From NCBI GenBank assembly GCA_965214705.1, contig CBDCCI010000002.1, forward strand, positions 928,001 to 992,000: a DNA stretch of 64,000 nucleotides, in the 5' to 3' direction. Below, piece after piece: positions 42,573-56,179 of this stretch. This stretch comes from Alphaproteobacteria bacterium (GTDB lineage Bacteria; Pseudomonadota; Alphaproteobacteria; UBA828). Made by a program: the position numbers and the translations under genes. Every line of letters starts with the position of its first letter. Position 1 is the first letter of the stretch. The notes below the pieces were generated by a model. The model saw only the letters and a list, made by a program, of their open reading frames with translations, was not told the origin of the DNA and did no database searches.

Positions 42573-43496
42573 ATGAAGGCGGCCTATTTCGAGCAGCATG
42601 GCGGACCCGAGGTCATCCGCTACGGCGACCTGCCGGACCCGCAAGCCGGGCCGGGCGAGATCGTCGTCGACATCCACGCCGCCAGCGTCAACGGCGCGGA
42701 CTGCAAGGTGCTGTCAGGCCAATACAGCTCGATCACCGACTTTCCCTATGTACTCGGGCGCGATTTTTCGGGCGTAGTCGCATCGCTCGGAGGCGGCGTC
42801 GACGAGTGCGCGCCGGGCGCTCCGGTGTTCGGCGTCTGCGAGGTGGGACAGGAAGGAACCTACGCCGAGAAGATCGCGATGAAGGCGGCGTTGGTCGCGC
42901 CGAAGCCGGACAGTCTGTCCCACGTGGATGCCGCAGCGCTTGCGCTGATCGGCCTGACGGCGGTGGTCTCGATCGAGGACACGCTGGCCCTGCAACCGGG
43001 CGAAAAAATCCTGATCCAGGGCGGGGCCGGCGGGGTCGCCGGATTCGGCATCCAGCTTGCCAAGCACATCGGTGCCCATGTCATCGCCACGTGCAGCGCC
43101 CGTAACGTCCACTATGTGCGTGGCCTCGGCGCGGACGAGGTGATCGACTACAACGCGCGGGACTTTGCGGAAGCGGTCTCGGACTGCGATGCCGTGTTCG
43201 AGACCGTGGGCGGCGACGTGGCGCAGCGCTCCTTTGCCGTGTTGCGGCCTGGAGGCCGCGCGGCGTTCATCGCCTCGGGCCCGACCGCGCCGCAGCCCGC
43301 GCGTGGCGACGTGACCGCGCTCCGCCCGCGCGTCGGGCGCGACCGGACGCATCTGCTGCGCATCCTCGAGCTGGTCGAGATAGGCGCCGTCCGGATGCCC
43401 GAGATTCGTACCTTCCCGCTCGCAGATGCCGCTTCCGCGCTCGCCACCAGCGCGTCCCGCCACCTCAGGGGCAAGCTCGTCCTGAGCATTCGCTGA
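42573..43496 (+). CDS. NADP-dependent quinone oxidoreductase (MDR family)
   Basis: AASVN, LGRDFSGVV, IQGGAGGVA, RGKLVL. Confidence 0.9.
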   Translation: MKAAYFEQHGGPEVIRYGDLPDPQAGPGEIVVDIHAASVNGADCKVLSGQYSSITDFPYVLGRDFSGVVASLGGGVDECAPGAPVFGVCEVGQEGTYAEKIAMKAALVAPKPDSLSHVDAAALALIGLTAVVSIEDTLALQPGEKILIQGGAGGVAGFGIQLAKHIGAHVIATCSARNVHYVRGLGADEVIDYNARDFAEAVSDCDAVFETVGGDVAQRSFAVLRPGGRAAFIASGPTAPQPARGDVTALRPRVGRDRTHLLRILELVEIGAVRMPEIRTFPLADAASALATSASRHLRGKLVLSIR

Positions 43497-43512
43497 TGCC
43501 CTGATCCGGACG

Positions 43513-44241
43513 TCACTCGCGATCGCGCCGCCAGGCCTCGAAGGCGGCAAGAGTCGCCTCGTTCGGCGGATAGGTGCCGGGCACGGGCGCGCCGTCCCGG
43601 ATGCGTTCCAGGATGAACTCCTCGATTTGTTCCTGCTCGCCGGCAGCGCGGGCCACCTCGTCGGCGACCCCGCGCGGAATGACGCACGCACCGTCCGGAT
43701 CGCCGACCAGCACATCGCCGGGGAACACCGCGACGCCGCCGCAGGCAATCGGATCCTGCACGGCGGCGGCGAAATGGGCGGCCAGGCTGGCGGGGGCGGC
43801 GCTGCCAGTGCAAAAGGTCGGGAACGCGATGGCTGCGACCGCCGCCGCGTCGCGCATCGGGCCGTCGGTCACGAACGCCGCGACCCCGCGTACCATGAGC
43901 CGGGTGATCAGGATGTCTCCGAGCATCCCCGCACGCTGCTCTCCCCGGCTGTCGCAAACCAGCACCCGGCCCGGCGGGCAGGCCTCGATGGCCTTGCGCT
44001 GGGGATATTCCGGATCGGCCAGTACCTCCGGCGTGCTGAGGTCCTCGCGCATGGGAATGGTGCGCAGCGTGTAGGCCTCCGCCGCAAAGCGGGCGTGCTG
44101 TGGATTGAGCGGGCGGGCACCCTGGATGAAGGTGTGGCGCAGGCCGCGCTTGAGCAGCTGCATGGTGACCGTAGCGACGCTCACGGCGCGCAATCGCTCG
44201 AGGGTGTCGTCGGCCAGCGGCTTGTCTGATGTCGGCGGCAT
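43513..44241 (-). CDS. RraA / HMG-aldolase-like protein
   Basis: AGMLGDIL, TDGPMRD, CGGVAVFPGDVLVGDPDG. Confidence 0.88.
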   Translation of the reverse strand: MPPTSDKPLADDTLERLRAVSVATVTMQLLKRGLRHTFIQGARPLNPQHARFAAEAYTLRTIPMREDLSTPEVLADPEYPQRKAIEACPPGRVLVCDSRGEQRAGMLGDILITRLMVRGVAAFVTDGPMRDAAAVAAIAFPTFCTGSAAPASLAAHFAAAVQDPIACGGVAVFPGDVLVGDPDGACVIPRGVADEVARAAGEQEQIEEFILERIRDGAPVPGTYPPNEATLAAFEAWRRDRE

Positions 44242-44361
44242 TCGTTGGCCTTTCCTCCCTAAGCTTGCGACCGGGGATTTCCCTTGTTGAGCGCCCGATT
44301 GCAGTGGATGATGAGATCGTGCCCTCCAGCGTGCTGTCAACTCGGCTTGGAGAACACGGCG

Positions 44362-44790
44362 ATGCCCCTGGAAAATCTCAACCACGTGCTTGTGCTGACC
44401 GGGGATCTAGAGGCGACGCGGGACTTCTATGTCGATGTCCTGGGCCTTGAGGACGGCTACCGGCCGCCCTTCCCGTTCGACGGGCATTGGATCTACCTGG
44501 GCGACCGCGCGGTGGTCCATGTGGCCGAGAACAGGGACTATCTCGAAAAGCGCGATCGCGTGCAGGGCGGCTCGGCGGACAACGCCACCGGCTCGATCGA
44601 TCACATCGCCTTCGAGGCCACCGGGCTCAAGGCCATGATCGCGAGGCTGGAGAACCGCGGCATCGCTGCACACCATCGCAAGGTACCGGACCTCGACCTG
44701 CACCAGGTCTTCGTCCACGACCCGAACGGTGTTCGCATCGAATTGAACTACCCCGCAATTGAAGGAGCGGAGGTGGAGCTATCCAGCTAG
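44362..44790 (+). CDS. VOC/glyoxalase family protein
   Basis: LNHV, RPPFPFDGHW, IDHIAF, DPNGVRIELNY. Confidence 0.88.
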   Translation: MPLENLNHVLVLTGDLEATRDFYVDVLGLEDGYRPPFPFDGHWIYLGDRAVVHVAENRDYLEKRDRVQGGSADNATGSIDHIAFEATGLKAMIARLENRGIAAHHRKVPDLDLHQVFVHDPNGVRIELNYPAIEGAEVELSS

Positions 44791-44965
44791 GTCGGCCCGG
44801 TAATCATGGTCTCGAGACACGACCGGCTACAGCCGCTTCGGCCGTCCGGAGTGAGTGGATCGGACTTGTGACGAGTGTACAGGTGGAAGAACAGGGGAGG
44901 CGCTTATGAAAAGGAAACCAGCACTCTGTACCCTTCGCACATGGTGGAAAAAGGGAGATCGAACC

Positions 44966-45982
44966 ATGACACTACGACGTAAACTGCTTGCAGCGGCCTT
45001 TGTCGCGATTCTTGCGGTGCCGGGAGTCGCCAAGGCCGAAGACAATTACCATCTCACATATCATGCAGCCTTCGGCATAGCGGCGCTCAACGAGGCGTCC
45101 CGCGTGTGGATGGACGAAATCGAGGCCCGCACCGATGGAAGGGTGACATTCACCCGGCTCTTCGGTGGGGCGCTCGGCAAGTTTGCAGGACAGCCAGACG
45201 GTCTCAGGGCGCGTTCGTTCGACGTCGGGCAGCTCTCGGCCGTGTACAATCCCGGTCTCTACCCGCGCGCGACGACGACAGTCATAACGTTTCTGACCGA
45301 CAACGCAGAGGCGCACAATCTGGCGTCACACGAGTTCTTCAATACGCCGGAAGTCCAAGCAGAATTCGATGCGCTCAACCAGAAATTCATGTTCGTCGGT
45401 CAGTGGGCCAGGATCGAGATGCTGTCGTATGAACACTACAATACCATGGAGGAGCTCAGCCAAGCCAAGATTCGCGCTCACGGTGGCGCAGGCGATGCAC
45501 TTGAGGCAGCCGGCATCGCGGGCTACGCGATCCCTTGGGGTGAGCTTCCGGCAGCGGCGGAGAGAAGGGTTGTCGACGCCGCCATCATGGGCGCTCCGGC
45601 AGCAGCATACGACTTCGGATTCGGCGACATCTTCGAATACTGGTACGCGTATATGCCGTTCTACTACTTCCCCATGACGCTGGTCATGAACAAGGAGGCC
45701 TGGGAAGAGCTGCCGGCAGATATCCAGCAGATCATCGAAGAGCTCAACGAGGAAATGGTTCCCCGAGCCCAGGCGCTGACCGTATTGCGGGACGGGGAGG
45801 CCGAAGCAAAACTGACGGAAGAGCTCGGTGTAAAGAAGGTCAGGTTCGGCGAACGCGACAAACTGGAAGCAGCCGCAGCCGGCGCCAGGGAAAACTGGAA
45901 GGCGGAAATGGCTGAAAAGGGGATCGACGGCGAAGCTCTCCTCGAGAAATACTTCGAGCTGCTGAAGAAGCACGGCGGATAA
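44966..45982 (+). CDS. TRAP transporter substrate-binding protein (DctP family)
   Basis: Signal peptide; IEARTDGRV, MNKEAWEELPADIQ; upstream of small and large TRAP permeases. Confidence 0.87.
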   Translation: MTLRRKLLAAAFVAILAVPGVAKAEDNYHLTYHAAFGIAALNEASRVWMDEIEARTDGRVTFTRLFGGALGKFAGQPDGLRARSFDVGQLSAVYNPGLYPRATTTVITFLTDNAEAHNLASHEFFNTPEVQAEFDALNQKFMFVGQWARIEMLSYEHYNTMEELSQAKIRAHGGAGDALEAAGIAGYAIPWGELPAAAERRVVDAAIMGAPAAAYDFGFGDIFEYWYAYMPFYYFPMTLVMNKEAWEELPADIQQIIEELNEEMVPRAQALTVLRDGEAEAKLTEELGVKKVRFGERDKLEAAAAGARENWKAEMAEKGIDGEALLEKYFELLKKHGG

Positions 45983-46037
45983 CCGAGAGAAGCGGACGTC
46001 GGCTTCACAGGCTGAGTAGCATGTCGTTCAATACGTG

Positions 46038-46094
46038 TGGGAGGCATTCGGCTCTGGGGCGAGACGAATCCCCGTCGAGTGCTTCCCATTTTTT
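46038..46094 (+). terminator. Stem-loop with T-tract between dctP and dctQ
   Basis: TGGGAGGCATTCGGC / GTCGAGTGCTTCCCA 15-bp stem with G-U pairs, then TTTTTT. Confidence 0.6.
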
Positions 46095-46195
46095 CCGAGT
46101 AGAAACCGCAAGTTCGGGGCCGCGAATGGTCGACCGATCGAAGATCTTCGTGACTGGGCCACGTCTGCGGCCGCACGGATCGACAAGAAGAAGCT

Positions 46196-46738
46196 ATGGG
46201 TTCTAGCTTGAAAAGAGTGCTATTGAGTGTCCAGAGGCACATCGAGGACATACTAACTTATGTCTCGGCTGCGGCCGTTGCAGCCATGATGGTAATCACC
46301 GTCGCTGACGTGATAGTCCGATACCTCACGCCCACGAATGTGCCAGGATCGTACGAATACGTTAGTCTATTGTTCGTATTGGTTATTTACCTCGGCCTAG
46401 CGTATGCACAGCGCGAGAATTCTCATATCGCGATCGACGCGCTTTATAGCAGGTTACCAAGACGCTACCGGAAATTGCTTCAGCTGTTTCAGCTGGGTGT
46501 TTTTTTGGTCTTTGCCGCGGCATTGACCTGGTATACTGCGTCCGTAACCTGGGATAACTATGTCTTTGGGGATACGATTTTAGGGGCAATTTCAGTCGTA
46601 ACGTGGCCGTCACGACTGACGATTTCGATAGGCTTTCTGTTCCTGTCGTTTCGCTTCCTGATTCAGCTGTTGAATTTGATAATTCTAGACAAGCTCATCG
46701 AAGAAGAGGCGCCGACTACGCTCGTCGAAGAATCTTGA
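46196..46738 (+). CDS. TRAP small permease (DctQ family)
   Basis: Four TM segments; DVIVRY, SHIAID. Confidence 0.85.
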   Translation: MGSSLKRVLLSVQRHIEDILTYVSAAAVAAMMVITVADVIVRYLTPTNVPGSYEYVSLLFVLVIYLGLAYAQRENSHIAIDALYSRLPRRYRKLLQLFQLGVFLVFAAALTWYTASVTWDNYVFGDTILGAISVVTWPSRLTISIGFLFLSFRFLIQLLNLIILDKLIEEEAPTTLVEES

Positions 46739-48039
46739 TCGATCCAATCACCCCAATTCTCATCATCGCAGGAGTCGCGGCTCTCCTGGCACTAAGGGTG
46801 CCGGTCGGATTTACGTTGCTCTTCATGGGTGCAATCGGTTTCGCATCCAGCCGCGGTCTCGATTCAACCCTGAACACGCTTGGCGGGCGCCTCTTCGATA
46901 TCGGTTCGGGCTACTCGTTGAGTGCCGTACCGCTGTTCCTGCTGATGGGCCACATGGCCATCGCGTCCAGGGTGACGGAAGACATGTTCGGCGCCGCGCG
47001 CGCATGGGTCGGGCATTTGAGAGGCAGTCTGGTGCTGGCAACAACCTTTGCCGCCACCGGATTTGCCGCATGCTCGGGCTCGACGACGTCCACGACCGCG
47101 GTCTTCGGTCGGGTCGCTCTACCGGAAATGCTCAAGAACAACGTCGATCGTCGGCTCGCCGCGGGATGCATCGCGACCGTGGGCACGCTCGCAGGCATGA
47201 TCCCTCCCAGCGTCGTTCTGATCGTCTTCGGCATCATCGCGCGGGAATCCATCCCGCGGCTCTTTATCGCCGGTATCGTCCCCGGACTTCTCACCGCCTT
47301 CTGTTTCTCCGTAATGATCTACGTACGCGTGCTCCGCAATCCCAAGCTAGCGCCTCCATTGCCGCCAGCCCCGAGGTCCGAAAAACTTCGCTCTCTCAAG
47401 GACGTCTGGGCTGCTCTGCTGCTGGCCGTCGTGGTGGTTGGCGGCATCTATGCAGGCATTTTCACGCCGACTGAAGCTGGCGCCATGGGAGCGGGAGGGG
47501 CATTCCTCATCGCGCTTTTCAGGGGGCGTTTGAGCTTCCAGGTCCTTCGGTCCGTTTTCACCGAAACGGCAAAAACGACCTCCGTGATCTTCATTATCCT
47601 GGTCGGCGCTCTGATCTTTACGTCCTACCTCGCCGTCAGTGGAACATCCTCGGCGATTACCGAAGGCATCGTCGGCATGGATGTGCACCCACGGGTGCTA
47701 TTGCTGTTGTATCTGCTTCTCATGCTCGTGCTGGGTCTCTTCATCGACCCGATCTCGGTCATGTTCCTGACGGTGCCGATCTTCCTGCCGCCCCTGGCAA
47801 GGCTCGGCATGGATCCGATCTGGATCGGCGTTCTCGTCACCAAGTCGCTCGAAATAGGCTTGATCACACCGCCCGTTGGGCTGAACGCATTCGTTCTAAA
47901 GAGCGTGTCTCCCGGCTTTAATTTCAAGGAAATTTACCATGGAATCTGGTGGTTCCTGCAGGTCGAACTCATCGTGCTGGGGATCATATTCGCGTTCCCG
48001 GAGCTGGCTCTGTGGCTTCCGAATCTGATGTATCGGTGA
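46735..48039 (+). CDS. TRAP large permease (DctM family)
   Basis: AVPLFLLMG, GTLAGMIPPS, FTPTEAGA, GLITPPVGLN; TTG start overlapping dctQ stop. Confidence 0.92.
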   Translation: MIDPITPILIIAGVAALLALRVPVGFTLLFMGAIGFASSRGLDSTLNTLGGRLFDIGSGYSLSAVPLFLLMGHMAIASRVTEDMFGAARAWVGHLRGSLVLATTFAATGFAACSGSTTSTTAVFGRVALPEMLKNNVDRRLAAGCIATVGTLAGMIPPSVVLIVFGIIARESIPRLFIAGIVPGLLTAFCFSVMIYVRVLRNPKLAPPLPPAPRSEKLRSLKDVWAALLLAVVVVGGIYAGIFTPTEAGAMGAGGAFLIALFRGRLSFQVLRSVFTETAKTTSVIFIILVGALIFTSYLAVSGTSSAITEGIVGMDVHPRVLLLLYLLLMLVLGLFIDPISVMFLTVPIFLPPLARLGMDPIWIGVLVTKSLEIGLITPPVGLNAFVLKSVSPGFNFKEIYHGIWWFLQVELIVLGIIFAFPELALWLPNLMYR

Positions 48040-48131
48040 ACGGCGAGCCCAGCGAGCGCCGGGCGCCTCAGAGAGCAGATCAAGGGCTGGAGACGATAAG
48101 CGAGCGTTGTCGTATCGTCTCGGGCTGAAAG

Positions 48132-48593
48132 TCAGGGTCTCGTCACGTTCCAGGTCGCGTTAATCTTCGTGCCGGCCTGGGTGAGGATGACCGTCACCGG
48201 GCAACGCTTCTCCAGGTCTTCGCGGAGCCGCGCGATCTCGGCGTCCGAGGCCGACGTGGTGATGTTCATCGTGAGATCGATTCCCGGGAACGGGAGAGCT
48301 GTCGGCGTCGTGTTGCGGATCCCGTCGGTGTCGAAGGTAGCGTCGAGGGACATGGAAAGGTCGTCGATCTTGATTTCCATCTCGTCGGCGATCAGGTGCG
48401 AAATGACGTTGAGGCAGGCGAGGAAGGAGGAGAGCATCGTCTCCAGCGGTGTGGCGCCGCTGTCGGTCCCGCCGCGTATCTCCGGCTCGTCGATGATCAC
48501 GGTGTGCTGGCGTGTGCTGGCTTCGAGCCGGCAGCGGCTGGTGGCCTTGGCGTCGATGACGAAGTGATGGGTGGGCGGCAGGTCGAATGTCAC
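48132..48593 (-). CDS. OsmC family protein
   Basis: IIDEPEIRGGTDSGATPLE..AC and RCPV cysteines; GTG start after GGGAGGA. Confidence 0.87.
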   Translation of the reverse strand: MTFDLPPTHHFVIDAKATSRCRLEASTRQHTVIIDEPEIRGGTDSGATPLETMLSSFLACLNVISHLIADEMEIKIDDLSMSLDATFDTDGIRNTTPTALPFPGIDLTMNITTSASDAEIARLREDLEKRCPVTVILTQAGTKINATWNVTRP

Positions 48594-48702
48594 GGGGTCC
48601 TCCCATAAGTCACGGCATGGTTGCCGAGTTCCGGGCCATGTCACCACGACGCGCCCGGTTCGGACAAGGGGTGGCCTGGGCCGATCAGGTCGCGTACGTC
48701 GG

Positions 48703-49416
48703 CTAAGGCGCGCAGGCCTCGATCAGCGAGCGGAAGATACGGGCATCGCCGGGGTCGATCGCGTATTCCGGGTGCCACTGCACGCCGATGAACCAGCGGT
48801 GCGCCGGGTCCTCGATACCCTCGATCACGCCATCGGGCGCGAGCGCGTTGACGACGAAGCCGGGGGCCGCCTCGGCGACGGCCTGGTGATGTGCGCTGTT
48901 CACCTGCATGGCCTCGCTGCCGACGATGGTCCTGAGCACGCTGCCGGCCGCCAGCGAGATCGCGTGGCCCGCCTCGGTGCGGGGGTTGGGCTGCTCGTGG
49001 GCCAAGGCATCGGGCACCGCGTCCGGAATGTGCTGGATGAGGCTGCCGCCGAGCGCCACGTTCATCAGCTGCTGACCGCCGCAGATGCCGAGGGAGGGCA
49101 CCGCGCGCGCGTGCGCGGCACGGGTGATGGCAAGCTCGAAGGCGGTGCGCCGGTCCTTGGTGGTGACGGTCTCGTGGCGAGAGGTGGCGCCGAAGAGGGC
49201 GGGGTCCACGTCGAAGGCGCCGCCAGTGACGATCAGGCCGTCCACCGTCTCCAGATAGCGCTCCGTGAGCTCCGGCTCGTGCGGCAACGCAATCGGAATG
49301 CCGCCCGCCGCCGCGACCGCGGTGCAGTAGTTCTCGCGGATCGCGTACCAGGGCTCGCCCGAATAGCCGCCGGGCGGCTCGGAATCGAGGGTGAGGCCGA
49401 TGACGGGCTGCGCCAT
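48703..49416 (-). CDS. Peptidase C26 / gamma-glutamyl-GABA hydrolase family
   Basis: LGICGGQQ, VNSAHHQAV, GVQWHPE. Confidence 0.9.
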   Translation of the reverse strand: MAQPVIGLTLDSEPPGGYSGEPWYAIRENYCTAVAAAGGIPIALPHEPELTERYLETVDGLIVTGGAFDVDPALFGATSRHETVTTKDRRTAFELAITRAAHARAVPSLGICGGQQLMNVALGGSLIQHIPDAVPDALAHEQPNPRTEAGHAISLAAGSVLRTIVGSEAMQVNSAHHQAVAEAAPGFVVNALAPDGVIEGIEDPAHRWFIGVQWHPEYAIDPGDARIFRSLIEACAP

Positions 49417-49528
49417 CGGCGGACTGTATGAGTGCCGCGGGTCCGCCGCAACCGAGTGACACCGGCCTGCGCCAGTGCCGTCAACGCGACCCCTTGACCC
49501 GCCGAAGGACCGGCTGGACCCTGCGGCC

Positions 49529-49987
49529 ATGCCAAATAAACAGCCTTCCCCGATGGACTTCGCCATCGCCGAGGCCGAGGCGGCACGCGACCGGGGCGAG
49601 GTGCCGGTGGGCGCGGTGGTGGTCGACGGACGCACCGGGGCGGTGCTGGCGCGGGCCGGCAACGAGGTCGAAGCGGCGCACGACCCGACGGCGCATGCGG
49701 AGATGCTGGCCATCCGTGCCGCCGCAAAGGAGCGGGGCAGCGCGCGCCTCCCGGATTGCGACATCTACGTCACGCTGGAGCCCTGCGCGATGTGCGCGCA
49801 GGCGATCGCATTTGCCCGGTTGCGCCGGCTTTACTTCGGCGCCGCCGACCCCAAGGGCGGCGGGGTGGAGCATGGCGCCCGCATCTTTCAGCAGCCCACC
49901 TGCCACCATCGGCCCGAGGTCATCGGCGGCATACAGGAGAGCCGCGCCGCTGCCTTGATTCGCGAATTCTTCGAGGCCCGCCGGTAG
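49529..49987 (+). CDS. tadA: tRNA adenosine deaminase
   Basis: GEVPVGAV, HAEML, TLEPCAMC. Confidence 0.9.
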   Translation: MPNKQPSPMDFAIAEAEAARDRGEVPVGAVVVDGRTGAVLARAGNEVEAAHDPTAHAEMLAIRAAAKERGSARLPDCDIYVTLEPCAMCAQAIAFARLRRLYFGAADPKGGGVEHGARIFQQPTCHHRPEVIGGIQESRAAALIREFFEARR

Positions 49988-50068
49988 AGAAAGCCCGTCA
50001 ATTGCCGCCGTTGCCGGGCGGGTGCCCAAACTCTATAAGGGCCAGCCTTACAGCACGGGGGAGAACCC

Positions 50069-50491
50069 ATGGCGACCCAGCGCACCCTTTCGATCATCAA
50101 GCCCGATGCCACCCGCCGCAACCTCACGGGTGCCATCAACAAGCGCTTCGAGGAGTCCGGGCTTTCCATCGTCGCCCAGCGCCGAGTCAGGCTGACGGAG
50201 GCTCAGGCGCGCGCCTTCTATGCGGTCCACGAGGAGCGGTCCTTCTACAACGATCTCTGCGCCTACATGACCTCGGGCCCCGTGGTGGTTCAGGTGCTGC
50301 AAGGTGAGAACGCGGTCGAGGCCAATCGGACGATCATGGGCGCGACCAACCCGGCCAACGCCGACGACGGCACCATCCGCAAGGACTTCGGCGAGTCGGT
50401 GGAGGCCAACTCCGTGCACGGCTCGGATTCGCCGGAGAACGCGGCCATCGAGATTGCATTCTTCTTCGCGGAGACCGATATCGTCGGCTAA
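50069..50491 (+). CDS. ndk: Nucleoside diphosphate kinase
   Basis: [23 protein letters not shown]. Confidence 0.98.
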   Translation: MATQRTLSIIKPDATRRNLTGAINKRFEESGLSIVAQRRVRLTEAQARAFYAVHEERSFYNDLCAYMTSGPVVVQVLQGENAVEANRTIMGATNPANADDGTIRKDFGESVEANSVHGSDSPENAAIEIAFFFAETDIVG

Positions 50492-50570
50492 GGTGGCGGC
50501 ATCTGTGCGCGCGGGCCTGCGTGGTATAGTGCGGGCCGGCACGCGCGGCGGACGCGGGGTGTGATGAGCG

Positions 50571-50897
50571 ATGTCGGATCAACGGACAGGCGGTCGGCCC
50601 GGCGACGATTCATCGGTCATCACCAAGTCGCGCAGCGAGACCAAGAAGCCCTCGATGTACAAGGTCTTGCTGCTGAATGACGACTACACGCCAATGGAGT
50701 TCGTGGTCATCGTGCTGATGCGGTTCTTCGGGATGGACGAGCAGCGGGCGACGACAATCATGCTCCACGTGCACAGGCGGGGTGTCGGGGTCTGCGGCGT
50801 CTACTCCTACGAGGTCGCCGAGACCAAGGTGAAGCAGGTCTGCGAATTCGCGCGGCGTAACGAGCATCCGCTACAGTGCACGATGGAAAAGGAGTAG
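50571..50897 (+). CDS. clpS: ClpS adaptor
   Basis: [24 protein letters not shown]. Confidence 0.97.
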   Translation: MSDQRTGGRPGDDSSVITKSRSETKKPSMYKVLLLNDDYTPMEFVVIVLMRFFGMDEQRATTIMLHVHRRGVGVCGVYSYEVAETKVKQVCEFARRNEHPLQCTMEKE

Positions 50898-50904
50898 CGA
50901 ACGC

Positions 50905-53247
<2,343 letters not shown>

Positions 53248-53265
53248 CCGACTGCACTCGGCGCG

Positions 53266-54390
53266 GTGCCCATCCCCTTCCTCACCGGGTTGAGGGTCCT
53301 CGACCTCAGCCAGTACATCCCTGGGCCGTACGGGAGCCTGATCCTCGCCGACCTCGGCGCGGAGGTGATCAAGGTCGAGCCGCCCGGCGGCGAGCCGATG
53401 CGGGGCGTCGGGCCCAAGGACGAGGCCGGCGTCTCGGTCTGGTACCGGATGGTGAACGGCGGCAAGACCGTGGTCGAGATCGACCTGAAGTCGGCGGACG
53501 GCAAGCGCGACTTCCGCGCCCTGGTGGAGCGCTCGGACGCCTTTCTCGAATCCTACCGGCCGGGCGTGCTCGACCGCCTCGGCTTCGGCCACGAGGCGCT
53601 GCACGGGATGAACCCCGGCATCGTCTCCTGCTCGCTCTCCGGCTGGGGGCTTGAGGGGCCCTATCGGCTGCGGGGCGGGCACGACATCAACTACATGGGG
53701 CTGATGGGCGGGCTTGAGCGCTCCGGCGTGCCCGAGCGGCCGATCGTCGCCTTCCCTCCCACCGCCGATTTCGCGAGCGGGATGCAGGCCGCGCTCAGCA
53801 TCATGGGCGGGCTGCTCGGCCGCAGTCGGAACGCGGAAGGACGCGGCGCGACCATCGACGTTAGCATCGCCGAGACCGTGCTGCCCTGGCAGGTGTGGGC
53901 GCTCAACGGGCTCTTCCACACGGAGTGGGACGCCGCGCGCGGCGCGCAGTTTCCGAACGGCGGTGCCGCCTTCTACAACATCTACGAGACCCTCGACGGC
54001 CGTTTCATCACCTTGGGCGCGCTCGAAGACAAGTTCTGGGCCAACTTCTGCACCGCCTGTGACCGGCCCGAGTGGATCGGGCGCCAGTGGGAACCCCGCC
54101 CGCAGGAATCGCTGATCGGCGAGGTCGCCGCTTTCGTCAAGGCGCGGACGCTCGATGAGATGAACGCGCTAATGGCGGGCGTCGACTGTTGCTACGAGCC
54201 GGTGCATCGGCTGGAGGACGTGCCGGAGCACCCGCAGATCAAGGCGCGGCAGATGCTGCGCCGGCACGACGACCCGACGCCGGCCTACGAGATTCTCTTC
54301 CCCGGCTGGATCGACGGCGAACCCCCGCCGCCGCGTGCGCCCGTGGATTACATGAGCGCGCCGGACGTGCTCGCCCGCTGGCGGGCCTGA
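53266..54390 (+). CDS. Family III CoA transferase (CaiB/BaiF)
   Basis: [30 protein letters not shown]. Confidence 0.92.
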   Translation: MPIPFLTGLRVLDLSQYIPGPYGSLILADLGAEVIKVEPPGGEPMRGVGPKDEAGVSVWYRMVNGGKTVVEIDLKSADGKRDFRALVERSDAFLESYRPGVLDRLGFGHEALHGMNPGIVSCSLSGWGLEGPYRLRGGHDINYMGLMGGLERSGVPERPIVAFPPTADFASGMQAALSIMGGLLGRSRNAEGRGATIDVSIAETVLPWQVWALNGLFHTEWDAARGAQFPNGGAAFYNIYETLDGRFITLGALEDKFWANFCTACDRPEWIGRQWEPRPQESLIGEVAAFVKARTLDEMNALMAGVDCCYEPVHRLEDVPEHPQIKARQMLRRHDDPTPAYEILFPGWIDGEPPPPRAPVDYMSAPDVLARWRA

Positions 54391-54407
54391 ACGCGAGCGG
54401 TGCGGCC

Positions 54408-54695
54408 ATGAGCATCGACAAGGACACCGTGGTGCGGATCGCGCGCCTCTCGCGCATCGCGATGGAGGAGGACGCGCTGGAGCCCATGGCGGAGGAGCTG
54501 AACGGCATCCTCGCCTGGGTCGAGCAGTTGGGCGAGGTCGATACCGAGGGCGTCGAGCCGATGACCGGCGCCATCGCCGCCACGCTGCCGCAACGTGACG
54601 ACGACGCGGAAACGGGGACCGCCACCGACGATCTGCTGGCCAACGCGCCGGAGGCCGACGACGGCTTCTTCGTCGTACCCAAGGTGGTCGAGTGA
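54408..54695 (+). CDS. gatC: Asp/Glu-tRNA amidotransferase subunit C
   Basis: [27 protein letters not shown]. Confidence 0.95.
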   Translation: MSIDKDTVVRIARLSRIAMEEDALEPMAEELNGILAWVEQLGEVDTEGVEPMTGAIAATLPQRDDDAETGTATDDLLANAPEADDGFFVVPKVVE

Positions 54696-56179
54696 GCGCG
54701 CTGACCCGGCTCACCATCGCCGATGCCCGCGCCGGGCTGACTGCGCGCGACTTCTCGGCGCGCGAGCTGGCGGACGCGCATATCGCGGCGGTCGAGGGCG
54801 CGCGCGACCTCAACGCCTTCGTCGCCGAGACCTTCGACACCGCGCGCGCCGATGCCGACGCCTCCGATAAGCGCCTCGCGGCGGGCGCGGGGCGGCTGCT
54901 GGAAGGCATCCCGCTCGCGGTCAAGGACCTCTTCTGTACGCGCGGGGTGCGCAGCCAGGCCTGCTCGAACATTCTCGACGGCTTCGCGCCGCCCTACGAA
55001 TCCACCGTCACCGCCAATCTCTGGGCCGCGGGCGCGCTCATGCTGGGCAAGACCAACATGGACGAGTTCGCCATGGGCTCGGCCAACGTGACCAGCGCCG
55101 ACGGCCCGGTGATCAACCCCTGGCGCCGGCGGGGCGACGACAAGCCGCTGGTGCCGGGCGGCAGCTCCGGCGGCTCGGCGGCGGCGGTGGCCGCAGGTCT
55201 CTGCCTCGGCGCCACCGGGACCGATACCGGCGGCTCGATCCGCCAGCCGGGGGCCTTCTGCGGCATCGTCGGCATGAAGCCGACGTATGGGCGCTGCTCC
55301 CGCTGGGGCATGATCGCCTTCGCCTCCTCGCTCGACCAGGCCGGGCCGCTCGCGCGGACGGTCGAGGACGCGGCCCTCATGCTGCAGGCGATGGCCGGCC
55401 ACGACCCCAAGGATTCCACCTCCATCGACCGCCCGGTGCCCGACTACGCGGCGAGCCTCACCGGCGACGTGCGCGACCTCACCATCGGCGTGCCGTCGGA
55501 GTACCGGATGGAGGGCATGCCGGCGGAGATCGAGGCGCTCTGGGCGGAAGGCGTGCGCTGGTTCCGCGATGCGGGCGCGAAGGTGGTCGACATCTCGTTG
55601 CCGCTCACCAGGTATGCGCTGCCCACGTACTACATCGTGGCGCCGGCGGAGGCGTCGTCCAACCTCGCGCGCTACGACGGGGTGCGCTACGGGCTCCGCG
55701 TCGAGGGCGACGACCCGACCGAGATGTACGCGAAGACGCGCGCGGCGGGCTTCGGGCGCGAGGTCCGGCGGCGCATCCTGATCGGCACCTACGTGCTGTC
55801 TGCCGGCTACTACGACGCCTACTACCTGAAGGCGCAGAAGGTGCGGACCCTGATCGCGCGCGATTTCGAGAGCGCGTTCGAGACCGTGGACGCGGTGCTG
55901 ACGCCGACCGCGCCCTTCGCCGCCTTCGCCATCGGCGAGAAGATGGACGATCCCATCGCCATGTACCTGAACGACGTTTTCACGGTGCCGGCGAGTCTCG
56001 CGGGGCTGCCCGCGATCTCGGTGCCGGCCGGGCTCACGGGCGACGGGCTGCCGCTCGGCCTCCACCTGATCGCGCGGCCCTTCGATGAGCCGACGCTGTT
56101 CCGCGCCGCAGGCGTGCTGGAGAGCGCGGCCGGTTTCAGCCACCGCCCCGACCGGAGCGGGGCCGGAGGTGCGGCGTGA
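54692..56179 (+). CDS. gatA: Asp/Glu-tRNA amidotransferase subunit A
   Basis: [37 protein letters not shown]. Confidence 0.97.
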   Translation: MSALTRLTIADARAGLTARDFSARELADAHIAAVEGARDLNAFVAETFDTARADADASDKRLAAGAGRLLEGIPLAVKDLFCTRGVRSQACSNILDGFAPPYESTVTANLWAAGALMLGKTNMDEFAMGSANVTSADGPVINPWRRRGDDKPLVPGGSSGGSAAAVAAGLCLGATGTDTGGSIRQPGAFCGIVGMKPTYGRCSRWGMIAFASSLDQAGPLARTVEDAALMLQAMAGHDPKDSTSIDRPVPDYAASLTGDVRDLTIGVPSEYRMEGMPAEIEALWAEGVRWFRDAGAKVVDISLPLTRYALPTYYIVAPAEASSNLARYDGVRYGLRVEGDDPTEMYAKTRAAGFGREVRRRILIGTYVLSAGYYDAYYLKAQKVRTLIARDFESAFETVDAVLTPTAPFAAFAIGEKMDDPIAMYLNDVFTVPASLAGLPAISVPAGLTGDGLPLGLHLIARPFDEPTLFRAAGVLESAAGFSHRPDRSGAGGAA

